A stretch of DNA of 30,122 nt. It comes from a virus. Its lineage: Duplodnaviria > Caudoviricetes. Where the stretch lies: positions 1 through 30,122 of the IMG/VR virus record IMGVR_UViG_3300031519_000145. One strand, given 5' to 3'. The notes under the pieces were generated by a model, which did not search any database, was not told where the DNA came from, and saw only the letters and a list, made by a program, of their open reading frames with translations. Shown piece after piece: positions 1 through 7,945 of the stretch; within the stretch, counting starts at the first letter, position 1, and each line of letters starts with the position of its first letter. Position numbers and translations under genes: made by a program.

Positions 1-140
1 GGTATCTAGCAGATCGTGCAACAAGCGTAAAAGTATTAGACGAGACATTTGACGCTGCTGAATATAAAACTAGACATTTAGTATGCTTTGAACTAGAACC
101 TAAGTACGAAACATACTACTTACTCAAGTATCATGGTTGA
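1..140 (+). CDS. 3' end of a small hypothetical phage protein (partial, runs off the window start)
   Basis: Open frame from nt 3 (YLADRATSVKVLDETFDAAEYKTRHLVCFELEPKYETYYLLKYHG) ending at TGA 138-140. Not in the ORF track. Confidence 0.65.
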   Translation, partial: YLADRATSVKVLDETFDAAEYKTRHLVCFELEPKYETYYLLKYHG

Positions 141-165
141 CAAACTTGTCATTTGGCTATATAGT
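137..165 (+). promoter_or_regulatory. sigma70-type early/middle promoter
   Basis: TTGACA (137-142), 17-nt spacer, TATAGT (160-165), followed by SD AGGAG and ATG 198. Confidence 0.75.
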
Positions 166-197
166 AGTAACATAAAACAGTAGATAGGAGAAGGCAT

Positions 198-1499
198 ATG
201 GCAATATCGGGCATTAAAATTCCAAAGAAGAAAGCACGAGCAGCAGTACACGTTAAGCGTGGCGCAAGGATTAGTGAACCGTCATGGGATGGTTGCTTAG
301 ATTGGGCAGGTGAAGTGTATCACACATTCCGTAGAAATACTAGTATGTTTTACTATCAAAACTATAAGCCTGCAGACCTGTATCCTGGTATTTTTAAATG
401 GATGGAAGAAATTGGCGAGTATAGCGCAGAAGATATCACTAGTGCAAAAAGTGCTCCGACTAGTGCATTAAGTGTTACTGCTGGCATTTATTCTAGAATG
501 ATGCTAAACGGTATGCCTGACACTAATCCTAAGCATGATGCACATTGGGCAAAGATGCCTGGCTGTTCAGGAGATACTGTTACTCCGGTGAGTGTGTTTA
601 TTCATAAACAGATTAAAATTAGTATTCGCGAAGGTGCAAAGGTAGTAGAAGTTAAAACTGCTGAAGAAAAAGATACAAGGAACGTACATGTTCCTACTAT
701 ACAAGAACGCATACGCGACCAAGCATTACTACAAAGTGAAGCAATTGACGAATGGTTAGATGGTTGGTTTACTGATCGTAAGAAATTTGATCCAAAGGGG
801 TTTGACTTTAAAGCACACTTTAGTAAGTCAGGTGTTACACAAGCACATGCACGTAAGATTAGAACTTTCTTTGAAAATGAGATTGCTGACTTTAAAGACC
901 TAGAGCACATGCCTACTGCTGGCAAGCTAAAGAAGATGAGTGAGTTTGAACAAGATCAGTGGGCACAACTTAAAGAAGGCTATGCAAATCTTAAGAAAGC
1001 AGAAATTAAGATGTTTGTGAGTGCTATTGAAGGATTACTAGATGCACTTGAGTTTGTTGTTGACAGTGCTAAAGCAACTAGGGCGCCGCGCAAAGCTAAG
1101 CCTAAGAGTGCTACTAAACTTGTAGAGAAGTTAAAGTATCTTAAGACTGACGACAAGTATAAGATTGCTAGTGTGCAACCAGATCAAATTGTTGGTGCAA
1201 ACGAGCTTTGGGTATTTAATACTAAAACACGTAAACTAGGAAAGTATGTTGCTACGAATATTGATCCAAAAGGTATGGGTCGCCCAGGTAGTGGACTTAG
1301 TGTTAAAGGCACAACGATTATTGGATTTAACGAAGAACAAAGTATTCAGAGGACATTACGTAAACCAGAAGAGCAACTTAAAGCGTTTAAGAGTGCAGGT
1401 AAGGTTGCATTGCGTAAGTTCTTAGATGAAATTCCAACTATTGATACAAAACTCAATGGTCGATGTAATTCCGATACGATACTTCTAAAGGTAGTCTGA
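198..1499 (+). CDS. conserved hypothetical phage protein (433 aa, basic C-terminal domain)
   Basis: Long ORF with SD AGGAG and an upstream promoter. The C-terminal LWVFNTKTRKLGKY...GLSVKGTT...TLRKPEEQL resembles an uncharacterised family of large T4-like phages (recalled, not searched). Confidence 0.8.
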   Translation: MAISGIKIPKKKARAAVHVKRGARISEPSWDGCLDWAGEVYHTFRRNTSMFYYQNYKPADLYPGIFKWMEEIGEYSAEDITSAKSAPTSALSVTAGIYSRMMLNGMPDTNPKHDAHWAKMPGCSGDTVTPVSVFIHKQIKISIREGAKVVEVKTAEEKDTRNVHVPTIQERIRDQALLQSEAIDEWLDGWFTDRKKFDPKGFDFKAHFSKSGVTQAHARKIRTFFENEIADFKDLEHMPTAGKLKKMSEFEQDQWAQLKEGYANLKKAEIKMFVSAIEGLLDALEFVVDSAKATRAPRKAKPKSATKLVEKLKYLKTDDKYKIASVQPDQIVGANELWVFNTKTRKLGKYVATNIDPKGMGRPGSGLSVKGTTIIGFNEEQSIQRTLRKPEEQLKAFKSAGKVALRKFLDEIPTIDTKLNGRCNSDTILLKVV

Positions 1500-1505
1500 T
1501 AAATA
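1498..1505 (+). promoter_or_regulatory. late-type promoter motif GATAAATA
   Basis: Resembles the T4 late consensus TATAAATA. The same motif recurs immediately upstream of many genes in the window. Confidence 0.6.
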
Positions 1506-1529
1506 CTGTATAATATACAGGAAACCAAG

Positions 1530-2624
1530 ATGACTGACATTAGAAATACATTAGACTCTTTAGCAACTGCTTTGGAAGCAATAGCAAACGCTCCTGCTCC
1601 AAAGCCTCATATAGCTGATAGATCGTTAAGCGGCAATAAAATAACAGGCGGGAAGATTAGTCAATTTTCTAGTGTAGGCATTAAAGACAATGCCACATAC
1701 GCTGAAGCACAAGTACTGTTTATTGAAAATGATAGGATTGTTGTTCCGGCTATACAATCACCTGTTATTAAAAATGCACTAACAGTCGAAGGAAGCTTAA
1801 CTGTACAAGGCGAAATTACAGCAACTAGATTACACGTAGATGAAATTAGTGCAGACGTAAGAAACGAACGAACAACTCCTTTAGAGTTCCAAGCAGAAAA
1901 CGGTAGTGTTGCTAACAAAGGTCTAATTTGGACTGGGCAAAATAATACAAAACAATTAACAATGCAACTTAACCCTGATAGATTATTTTCAAGTGAAACT
2001 ATTGATATCTCAAGAGATGCTGAATACAAAATTGGCAATCAAACAGTATTAAGTGCAGACAGCTTAGGATTGGGCATTGTAAATAGTAATCTACGCTCAG
2101 TTGGTACACTGCGCAGTTTAGCAGTAGACGGTGCGTTTACTGTAGATAACTTTATGCACTATGATCCAAACTCAATGCGATTAGGACTAGGTACATTAGA
2201 GCCTAATGGTGCAATGAGTATTAAAAGTTTAGAACACGAGTTTATTGTAGATTATACAGATGACCTGCGCTTTAAATTAGGTACATGGACAACAAGCGGA
2301 TTTGATATTGTTACAGACGATACAAATAGATTAAGTTTTTCTCCTACTGGTGACATTACTGTACATTCAAAAACTGTATTTGATAATAAAGTTGGTATTG
2401 GAGTTAAAAACTTTGGTACAGATGTTGATCTCACTGTAGCTGGTCCAATACGTTTTCAAAATAAAAAACAAGAAGTAGGCTCAGCAGAACCGCAGAATGG
2501 AGCATATCGAAAAGGTGATATAGTATGGAGTGATAATCCACAACCGACAGGATACGTTGGCTGGATTTGTACTAGAGAAGGCGCACCTGGGACCTGGAAA
2601 CCTTTTGGACAAATAAGTCGCTAA
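1530..2624 (+). CDS. putative virion structural / fibre protein
   Basis: Beta-strand-rich G/T/S/N composition, fibre-like 'RLGLGTLEP' and 'KVGIGVKN' motifs, and a C-terminal GDIVW...GYVGWICTREGAPGTWKPFG module typical of phage fibre/spike ends. Late motif upstream. Confidence 0.6.
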   Translation: MTDIRNTLDSLATALEAIANAPAPKPHIADRSLSGNKITGGKISQFSSVGIKDNATYAEAQVLFIENDRIVVPAIQSPVIKNALTVEGSLTVQGEITATRLHVDEISADVRNERTTPLEFQAENGSVANKGLIWTGQNNTKQLTMQLNPDRLFSSETIDISRDAEYKIGNQTVLSADSLGLGIVNSNLRSVGTLRSLAVDGAFTVDNFMHYDPNSMRLGLGTLEPNGAMSIKSLEHEFIVDYTDDLRFKLGTWTTSGFDIVTDDTNRLSFSPTGDITVHSKTVFDNKVGIGVKNFGTDVDLTVAGPIRFQNKKQEVGSAEPQNGAYRKGDIVWSDNPQPTGYVGWICTREGAPGTWKPFGQISR

Positions 2625-2659
2625 ATAAACCAGTTACTTTACATAACTACTGACTGCCA

Positions 2660-2665
2660 TAAATA
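2660..2665 (+). promoter_or_regulatory. late-type promoter TAAATA, probably leaderless
   Basis: TAAATA-CAGT-ATG(2670) with no SD. Confidence 0.55.
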
Positions 2666-2669
2666 CAGT

Positions 2670-2981
2670 ATGGATAAAGTTAGAAATCAAAAAATTGCAA
2701 AACAAGTTGAACGTTGGGATTTATTCGCACGTTTAACTCCTACTCTCTTCTTGGCGACATCGCTAATTCTAGTAGTGTTCGATATAGTACCTCTCGAATA
2801 CGCATTTTACATAGGTCTAACAGGGTTTGCTATCACAGCAGTTAGTTGGTGGTGGTGGGCAATCTTTACTATACGGTACTTAATAACTATACTATCTAGG
2901 GCTAGTTCCAACTTGACAGACGTCAGCGATGAAATTAAGATAGTCAAAAAAGAATTAGAGGATTTAAAAGATGAACGATAA
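2670..2981 (+). CDS. small two-TM membrane protein with C-terminal coiled coil (holin-like candidate)
   Basis: Hydrophobic segments TLFLATSLILVVFDIV and AFYIGLTGFAITAVSWWWWAIF, then a heptad-like charged tail. Confidence 0.65.
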   Translation: MDKVRNQKIAKQVERWDLFARLTPTLFLATSLILVVFDIVPLEYAFYIGLTGFAITAVSWWWWAIFTIRYLITILSRASSNLTDVSDEIKIVKKELEDLKDER

Positions 2982-3447
2982 GACATACCGTTTGGTAAAA
3001 GCTGCGACTAATATACTCAGTGGACTAAGTATGGCAACACTCATTGTCTTAGGTGTATCATTTGTAAGCTTTAATAATGCATTTGTGTTTAACAATGCAG
3101 GCATTGCAGTAACAAACAATCCAGTTACTAGTGGGCAGATTAATTTTATTCTAGAAGGCAATCGACGTCACGAATGTGTACTAACAACGGTACACTCGGA
3201 TGCATATGATGACGCTACTGGTAAAAGATTTGCATTAGACTTTGCTAGAAAAGTATATATAAGATCAGATGACTATCTTGGCTCGGACACAGGCATAGTA
3301 GATCATCAATGGGCAATACCTGTACCAGATGATATGCAGCCAGGTGTGTATAGAGTAAGCCTATACAGCGAGTTTGATTGTGTGTACTTACTTTTCACAG
3401 CAACTAAAGTCCAGATGTTTGATAACATCGCACTCATCATAGAGTAA
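2971..3447 (+). CDS. membrane-anchored protein with a probable periplasmic beta domain
   Basis: N-terminal TM (ILSGLSMATLIVLGVSFVSF), two Cys (HECV, FDCV), SD GAGG, 11-nt overlap with the upstream ORF. Confidence 0.65.
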   Translation: MNDKTYRLVKAATNILSGLSMATLIVLGVSFVSFNNAFVFNNAGIAVTNNPVTSGQINFILEGNRRHECVLTTVHSDAYDDATGKRFALDFARKVYIRSDDYLGSDTGIVDHQWAIPVPDDMQPGVYRVSLYSEFDCVYLLFTATKVQMFDNIALIIE

Positions 3448-3455
3448 ATACTTGT

Positions 3456-4034
3456 ATGTATGTATTTGGTAATGGTGAAAGTCGCACCTCTATAAACATT
3501 GATAAACTAGAAGGCACCAAAGTAGGATGCAATGCTATCTATCGAGATTATACAATGGACCATTTAATATGTGTGGACCGTAGAATGGTCCAAGAAGTAT
3601 TAACTAACGATGCTAACAAAGATTCATATGTATACACAAGAGAAGATTGGAAGACACAATTTAATGCTACCCGTGTGCGCACAGTACCTAAGTTACCCTA
3701 TATCGGAGACGAACGATGGGACGAGCCGTTTCAATGGGGCAGCGGACCATACGCTGTATTGCTAGCTGCAAAGCTTTGTACGGGCCATACAGTGCGTCTA
3801 TTAGGGTTTGACTTGCATAGTACTAATGCTACAATTAACAATGTATACAAGGATACAGCTAACTACGACACTGCGAACAAACGAGCAGTAGATCCTAGAT
3901 ATTGGATACATCAAATAGGGATGGTATTCAAGTATTACAGTAGCATACATTTTGTTATACATCACGATCATTTTGAATTACCAAAAGCCTGGAAACAATC
4001 TAACGTTTCGCTTGACACGATAAGTAGTTTATAG
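3456..4034 (+). CDS. MptE/Maf- or sialyltransferase-like Rossmann-fold transferase
   Basis: N-terminal VFGNGES, then GCNAIY, ICVD, SGPYA and LLGFD motifs, the pattern of DUF115/MptE-like and GT29/GT42-like proteins. TAAATA at 3445-3450 lies 5 nt before the ATG. Confidence 0.6.
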   Translation: MYVFGNGESRTSINIDKLEGTKVGCNAIYRDYTMDHLICVDRRMVQEVLTNDANKDSYVYTREDWKTQFNATRVRTVPKLPYIGDERWDEPFQWGSGPYAVLLAAKLCTGHTVRLLGFDLHSTNATINNVYKDTANYDTANKRAVDPRYWIHQIGMVFKYYSSIHFVIHHDHFELPKAWKQSNVSLDTISSL

Positions 4035-4040
4035 TATAAT
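4012..4040 (+). promoter_or_regulatory. perfect sigma70 consensus promoter for the queD-like operon
   Basis: TTGACA (4012-4017), 17 nt, TATAAT (4035-4040). Confidence 0.85.
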
Positions 4041-4046
4041 ATACGT

Positions 4047-4081
4047 AAGGACTTAGCGTCAACCCTTCTAACTCTGCCGCT
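4047..4081 (+). ncRNA. candidate cis-regulatory pseudoknot RNA (preQ1-I-like topology) in the 5' UTR of queD-like gene
   Basis: P1 AAGG(4047-4050)/CCTT(4064-4067), 13-nt loop ACTTAGCGTCAAC, and loop AGCG(4055-4058) complementary to CGCT(4078-4081). It starts at the predicted +1. Confidence 0.4.
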
Positions 4082-4106
4082 CATATGTTAACTACAGGAG
4101 ATTAAA

Positions 4107-4565
4107 ATGGCATATTATTCAACTAAGCATTACGGACACAACATCGGGTTATCAGCGGTATTTAGACAGCCTAACGCAGATCATTCACACTGTCATCTAT
4201 TACACGGATATAGTTTAGCATTTACATTTAAGTTTGGATGTACAGAACTAGACGAGAAAAACTGGGCAGTAGACTTTGGCGGATTGAAGCCACTAAAGAA
4301 ATGGCTAGAAGATAACTTTGATCATAAGACAGCAATTGATAAAGATGATCCATACTTAGAAAAGTTTATGGAACTACAAGAACTTGACCTAGCAGAAATT
4401 GTTGTTATGGATGGTGTAGGTGCAGAGAAATTTGCAGAACATGCATTTAACTTTGCAGACAAACTTGTGCGTGAAGCAACAAACAACCGTTGTTTCTGTG
4501 TAAGTGCAGAATGTGCAGAGCATGGCAGTAACAGTGCTATCTACAGTGCAGACGTCTCTAGCTAA
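4107..4565 (+). CDS. queD: 6-pyruvoyl-tetrahydropterin synthase / QueD-like (COG0720) T-fold protein
   Basis: HCHLLHGY, VDFGGLKPLK, FDHKT, GAEKFAE and EHGSNSA motifs; SD AGGAG. Confidence 0.8.
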   Translation: MAYYSTKHYGHNIGLSAVFRQPNADHSHCHLLHGYSLAFTFKFGCTELDEKNWAVDFGGLKPLKKWLEDNFDHKTAIDKDDPYLEKFMELQELDLAEIVVMDGVGAEKFAEHAFNFADKLVREATNNRCFCVSAECAEHGSNSAIYSADVSS

Positions 4566-4567
4566 CT

Positions 4568-5407
4568 ATGGCCAAGATTGATAAAAGTTTATACACTAAA
4601 GACGAGTGGAAAGTTTTAAAGGCCCAACGCAAGGCTAATAAAGCACAGCGCAATCTTAATACTACTCTCCAACCTTCCCAAGTGTTAGTAAAGGGATTAG
4701 AAGAAAAGAATTATATCATGTGCTTAAAACATGGTACAAAATATTCTTCTGACTATGTCAACAAGTTGTATAACGGCGTTCTTAGGCACTGTACTATAGA
4801 CTTTGAGATGGTCTGCTTAACTGATGATCCTAGAGGGTTACACCCTAATATAAAAGTAATATCTTTACCAGCAGGATTACAAGGTTGGTGGTGTAAACCT
4901 TACATGTATTCGAAAGACTTACCTATTAACGGAGTAGTTTTATACATGGACTTGGATGTAGTTATTGCAGCAAACATAGACAAACTGTTTTCGTATCAAC
5001 CAGATAATTGGTGCACCATACGAGATTTTACAAGAGCTATGCGGCCTAAGTGGCCTAAGTATAATAGTAGCATTGTAAGATTTAAAGTCGGTCAACTAGA
5101 CAGTGTTTGGACAGACTATATTCGAGATCCTAAAGCAGTACAGCGCAAGCATTTCGGCGATCAAGATTGGCTGTTTGAAGCAACTAGACAACAACAGGCT
5201 ATGTTGTATCCAGACAGTTGGATACAAAGTTGGAAGTGGGAAGTAAGAAAGTCGAAAGAGTTTGCTCTAGGCGGACAAAAAGGAAGTCGAAAACTTAAAG
5301 TAATTGAAAACGTTACACCTAGAGTAGAGTGCTGTGTTGCAGTATTCCACGGAGATCCTAATCCGCACAACTGCGAAGATCCTTGGGTAATCGACAATTG
5401 GAAATAA
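4568..5407 (+). CDS. GT-A fold glycosyltransferase (GT8-like)
   Basis: CLKHGTKYS...YVNKL, CLTDD, GWWCKP, DxD motif YMDLDVV, YNSS, GDQDW and FHGDPNPH. Short basic N-terminal extension. Confidence 0.8.
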   Translation: MAKIDKSLYTKDEWKVLKAQRKANKAQRNLNTTLQPSQVLVKGLEEKNYIMCLKHGTKYSSDYVNKLYNGVLRHCTIDFEMVCLTDDPRGLHPNIKVISLPAGLQGWWCKPYMYSKDLPINGVVLYMDLDVVIAANIDKLFSYQPDNWCTIRDFTRAMRPKWPKYNSSIVRFKVGQLDSVWTDYIRDPKAVQRKHFGDQDWLFEATRQQQAMLYPDSWIQSWKWEVRKSKEFALGGQKGSRKLKVIENVTPRVECCVAVFHGDPNPHNCEDPWVIDNWK

Positions 5408-5408
5408 T

Positions 5409-6131
5409 ATGCAACTAAGCGTAATTGATGTTAAACACTACACAGACACACTGTTTAGAATACGAGTTGAACGTCCCCGCTCATATAGATTCACAGCAGG
5501 TGAGTTTGTAATGATTGGGTTAGACAACTGGTCAGAAAAACTACAAAAGAACAAACCTATAATGAGAGCATACAGTATATCAAGTGGACCGTATGATGAC
5601 TGGATTGAATTTTACAGTATCAAAGTACCAGACGGTCCGCTTACAAGTAAACTACAGCATATTAAAGTAGGCGATATGCTAGAAGTAGGAGAGAAGCCAA
5701 CTGGTACATTATTGCTTGCTAACTTAGAACTAGGTGGTCATTTAGTAATGATGGCAAGTGGCACAGGTATTGCACCGTTTATTAGTTTGCTACGTGATCC
5801 CGAAACATATGACTTGTTTGAAAACATAACAGTGACATGGACAACTAGATTAAATGCTGAGCAGGATTGTTATAGAGACTTTTTAAATGAAATGCCTATT
5901 GAATACATCAGTACAGTGACACAAGAAGATGCTGAACTAAAAGGACGTATTCAAACATTCATGGAGGATGGCACTGTTAAGATCAACGATCCATCTTATC
6001 AGCGTATTATGTTATGTGGTAGTATAGGATTTAACAATGACCTAAAAGAACATTTTAGTACATTAGGCTTTTGTGAAGGTAATAAAAAGACACAAGGTAC
6101 GTTTGTGCAAGAGCGGGCGTTTGTGGGTTGA
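5409..6131 (+). CDS. fpr: ferredoxin--NADP+ reductase (bacterial Fpr type)
   Basis: FTAGEFVMIGL, RAYSISS (FAD binding), GPLTSKL, GTGIAPF (NADP binding), MLCGS and C-terminal ERAFV. Confidence 0.92.
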   Translation: MQLSVIDVKHYTDTLFRIRVERPRSYRFTAGEFVMIGLDNWSEKLQKNKPIMRAYSISSGPYDDWIEFYSIKVPDGPLTSKLQHIKVGDMLEVGEKPTGTLLLANLELGGHLVMMASGTGIAPFISLLRDPETYDLFENITVTWTTRLNAEQDCYRDFLNEMPIEYISTVTQEDAELKGRIQTFMEDGTVKINDPSYQRIMLCGSIGFNNDLKEHFSTLGFCEGNKKTQGTFVQERAFVG

Positions 6132-6156
6132 CAAAGATACGCAAACGTGTTATACT
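6128..6156 (+). promoter_or_regulatory. sigma70 promoter with extended -10, upstream of uvsE
   Basis: TTGACA (6128-6133), 17 nt, TG at 6148-6149, TATACT (6151-6156). Confidence 0.75.
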
Positions 6157-6277
6157 ATATAAACAATGGTACAAGCAACTAAGGCAGAATCCAAACTATG
6201 CATGGTACAACTGTATAGCATGGGCAATTCACAATTCAGGCACACACGAACTAGACGGAAGTTATAGAAAATGGTAA
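6128..6277 (+). CDS. small Trp/Tyr-rich hypothetical protein (49 aa, TTG start)
   Basis: MTKIRKRVILYKQWYKQLRQNPNYAWYNCIAWAIHNSGTHELDGSYRKW. It has a TTGA overlap with the fpr stop and fills the gap to uvsE. Below the ORF-track cutoff. Confidence 0.45.
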   Translation: MTKIRKRVILYKQWYKQLRQNPNYAWYNCIAWAIHNSGTHELDGSYRKW

Positions 6278-7356
6278 CACAACGCATAGGCTTTGCATGC
6301 AAATACATGCATCCAGATCAGACACAGTCGAAGAAAGTACTAGAAGAAATTCAGCGTCCGCTAAATACTCGTAGTACAACAGTACAATGGCTTAACCGAC
6401 AGACACGCGAAGTTGCAGAGCAACGCCTGTGGGATATTATGGTACACAATATACAAGCGTACTATAACTTGATTGAATATGTAGGAGGACTACCTAATGA
6501 ACTTAGAATGGTACGACTGGGTAGCGATGTTCTTCCTGTTTATACCCAGCGTGACTGGGCTTATTATTGGCAGCAGGCTGATGTACGCAACTACTGTGAG
6601 GCGCAATTTGCTAGGGTCGGTACACTTGCTCGTTCCTTGGATGTTCGGCTTAGTATGCATCCTGGTCAGTTTACTGTGCTTGCGAGCGATAATCCAGATA
6701 TTGTTGATAGGAGCATAGAAGAATTTGAATATCACACCGATGTCATCCGCTATATGGGTTACGGCCGACAATTCCAAGACTTTAAGTGCAACGTACATAT
6801 ATCAGGCCGCAACGGTCCAGCCGGCATCAAGGCCGCCCTCAAGCGGTTATCGCCAGAGGCGCGAAACACCATTACAATCGAGAACGACGAAAACAAGTGG
6901 GGCATTGCAGACAGCCTCGAACTTGCAGACGACCTCGCACTTGTCCTCGACGTACACCACCACTGGTGCAGAGAAGGTTCATACTTACAACCCACCGACG
7001 ATAGATATAAGCGCATAGTTGATAGCTGGCGCGGTGTGCGTCCTGCAATGCATTACAGCTACAGCAGAACAGAACAATTACCTGAAGGCTACACACACAA
7101 TACGTTACCTGACAAGGCAGCATTATTAGAAGCAGGCTACAAGAAAGGTAAACTACGTGCGCACAGTGATTGGTACCCTAATAATGTAGTAAATGACTAT
7201 GCACTGAGTTTCTTACCATACACAGATATTATGTGCGAGAGCAAGATGAAAAATTTAGCAAGTATAGACCTGTATAAATACAGTATGGAGAAGAAATATG
7301 AATTATCTAAACAAGATGTACGGCAGAAATACAGTCGCGCATACGACATCGCCTGA
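6271..7356 (+). CDS. uvsE: UV DNA damage endonuclease (UvsE/UVDE)
   Basis: RIGFAC, RLGSDVLP, RLSMHPGQF, NVHISG, TIENDE, VLDVHHH, MHYS, RAHSD and DIMCESKMK motifs. Confidence 0.92.
   Translation: MVTQRIGFACKYMHPDQTQSKKVLEEIQRPLNTRSTTVQWLNRQTREVAEQRLWDIMVHNIQAYYNLIEYVGGLPNELRMVRLGSDVLPVYTQRDWAYYWQQADVRNYCEAQFARVGTLARSLDVRLSMHPGQFTVLASDNPDIVDRSIEEFEYHTDVIRYMGYGRQFQDFKCNVHISGRNGPAGIKAALKRLSPEARNTITIENDENKWGIADSLELADDLALVLDVHHHWCREGSYLQPTDDRYKRIVDSWRGVRPAMHYSYSRTEQLPEGYTHNTLPDKAALLEAGYKKGKLRAHSDWYPNNVVNDYALSFLPYTDIMCESKMKNLASIDLYKYSMEKKYELSKQDVRQKYSRAYDIA
7273..7280 (+). promoter_or_regulatory. late promoter TATAAATA inside the uvsE 3' end
   Basis: Exact T4 late consensus, followed by SD GGAG and ATG 7298. 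Confidence 0.6.
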
Positions 7357-7582
7357 AAAGAATCCTAATCGTGTTACTGGCGGGTTAAAAGCACAAGGTG
7401 TAGATCGCTTTACTATGCTCGGCGAAGACGGAATGGAAAAACATATTCCAACTGTTGAGTATGTACATAGCTTAGAAGAGCAGTTAAGAAAACAACGAGC
7501 AGCAATAACTGTACTTGAACGTAAACTAACTCGATGTGATAGTTCTATTGAACAACTTAAGAGTGTCATTGGACGATCTTAA
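7298..7582 (+). CDS. hypothetical protein with C-terminal coiled coil
   Basis: SD GGAG, upstream late motif, heptads LEEQLRKQRAAITVLERKL. Confidence 0.75.
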   Translation: MNYLNKMYGRNTVAHTTSPEKNPNRVTGGLKAQGVDRFTMLGEDGMEKHIPTVEYVHSLEEQLRKQRAAITVLERKLTRCDSSIEQLKSVIGRS

Positions 7583-7610
7583 ATAAATAAGTATAATAGG
7601 AGATATCACA

Positions 7611-7781
7611 ATGGTAGCAGTGTATAGCGGAAGTTTAGAGTTAGACAAAGTAACAGGCATTCGTCATGATCTAGGGCAGAAAATGACAAAAGTAAAAGTA
7701 AAGAAACCTTATAAGTTTCCTACTCCGCCTAAGTCAGTTAAGCTTAGACCAGGTAAAACAAGGAACGGAGAACAATACTAA
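7611..7781 (+). CDS. small Lys/Pro-rich basic protein (56 aa)
   Basis: MVAVYSGSLELDKVTGIRHDLGQKMTKVKVKKPYKFPTPPKSVKLRPGKTRNGEQY. SD AGGAGA and TAAATA (7580-7589) upstream. Not in the ORF track. Confidence 0.7.
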   Translation: MVAVYSGSLELDKVTGIRHDLGQKMTKVKVKKPYKFPTPPKSVKLRPGKTRNGEQY

Positions 7782-7945
7782 TGATTAAGAATTGGATTAA
7801 AGAAAGACTAGAAGAACGCACATCATGGAACGGGGCAGCATTAATTGCTGTCGGCGTTGTTGTACTAATTGCAGGACCATTTGCAAAACTAGCTGCATAT
7901 GTAGCAATTGCGTACGGTGTATGGGCTATTTGGTCTAAAGACTAA
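7781..7945 (+). CDS. small two-TM membrane protein, putative holin-like (54 aa)
   Basis: MIKNWIKERLEERTSWNGAALIAVGVVVLIAGPFAKLAAYVAIAYGVWAIWSKD. TAATG coupling, SD GGAG, and an RLxExxSWxG N-terminus typical of small phage membrane proteins. Confidence 0.7.
   Translation: MIKNWIKERLEERTSWNGAALIAVGVVVLIAGPFAKLAAYVAIAYGVWAIWSKD

Noticed and set aside
1506-1520. LexA/SOS box-like CTGT...ACAG (also at 7270-7283)
   Set aside because: Spacers are 7 and 6 nt instead of the 8 needed for the gammaproteobacterial box, and alphaproteobacterial LexA uses a different motif.
6166-6267. Alternative 33-aa ATG ORF (MVQATKAESK...) downstream of the 6128 promoter
   Set aside because: Less protein-like than the overlapping TTG frame. 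It cannot be fully excluded as a leaderless leader peptide.
6490-7123. Six alternate-frame ORFs within uvsE
   Set aside because: No SD or recognisable motifs; largely explained by stop-codon depletion in the locally GC-rich sequence.
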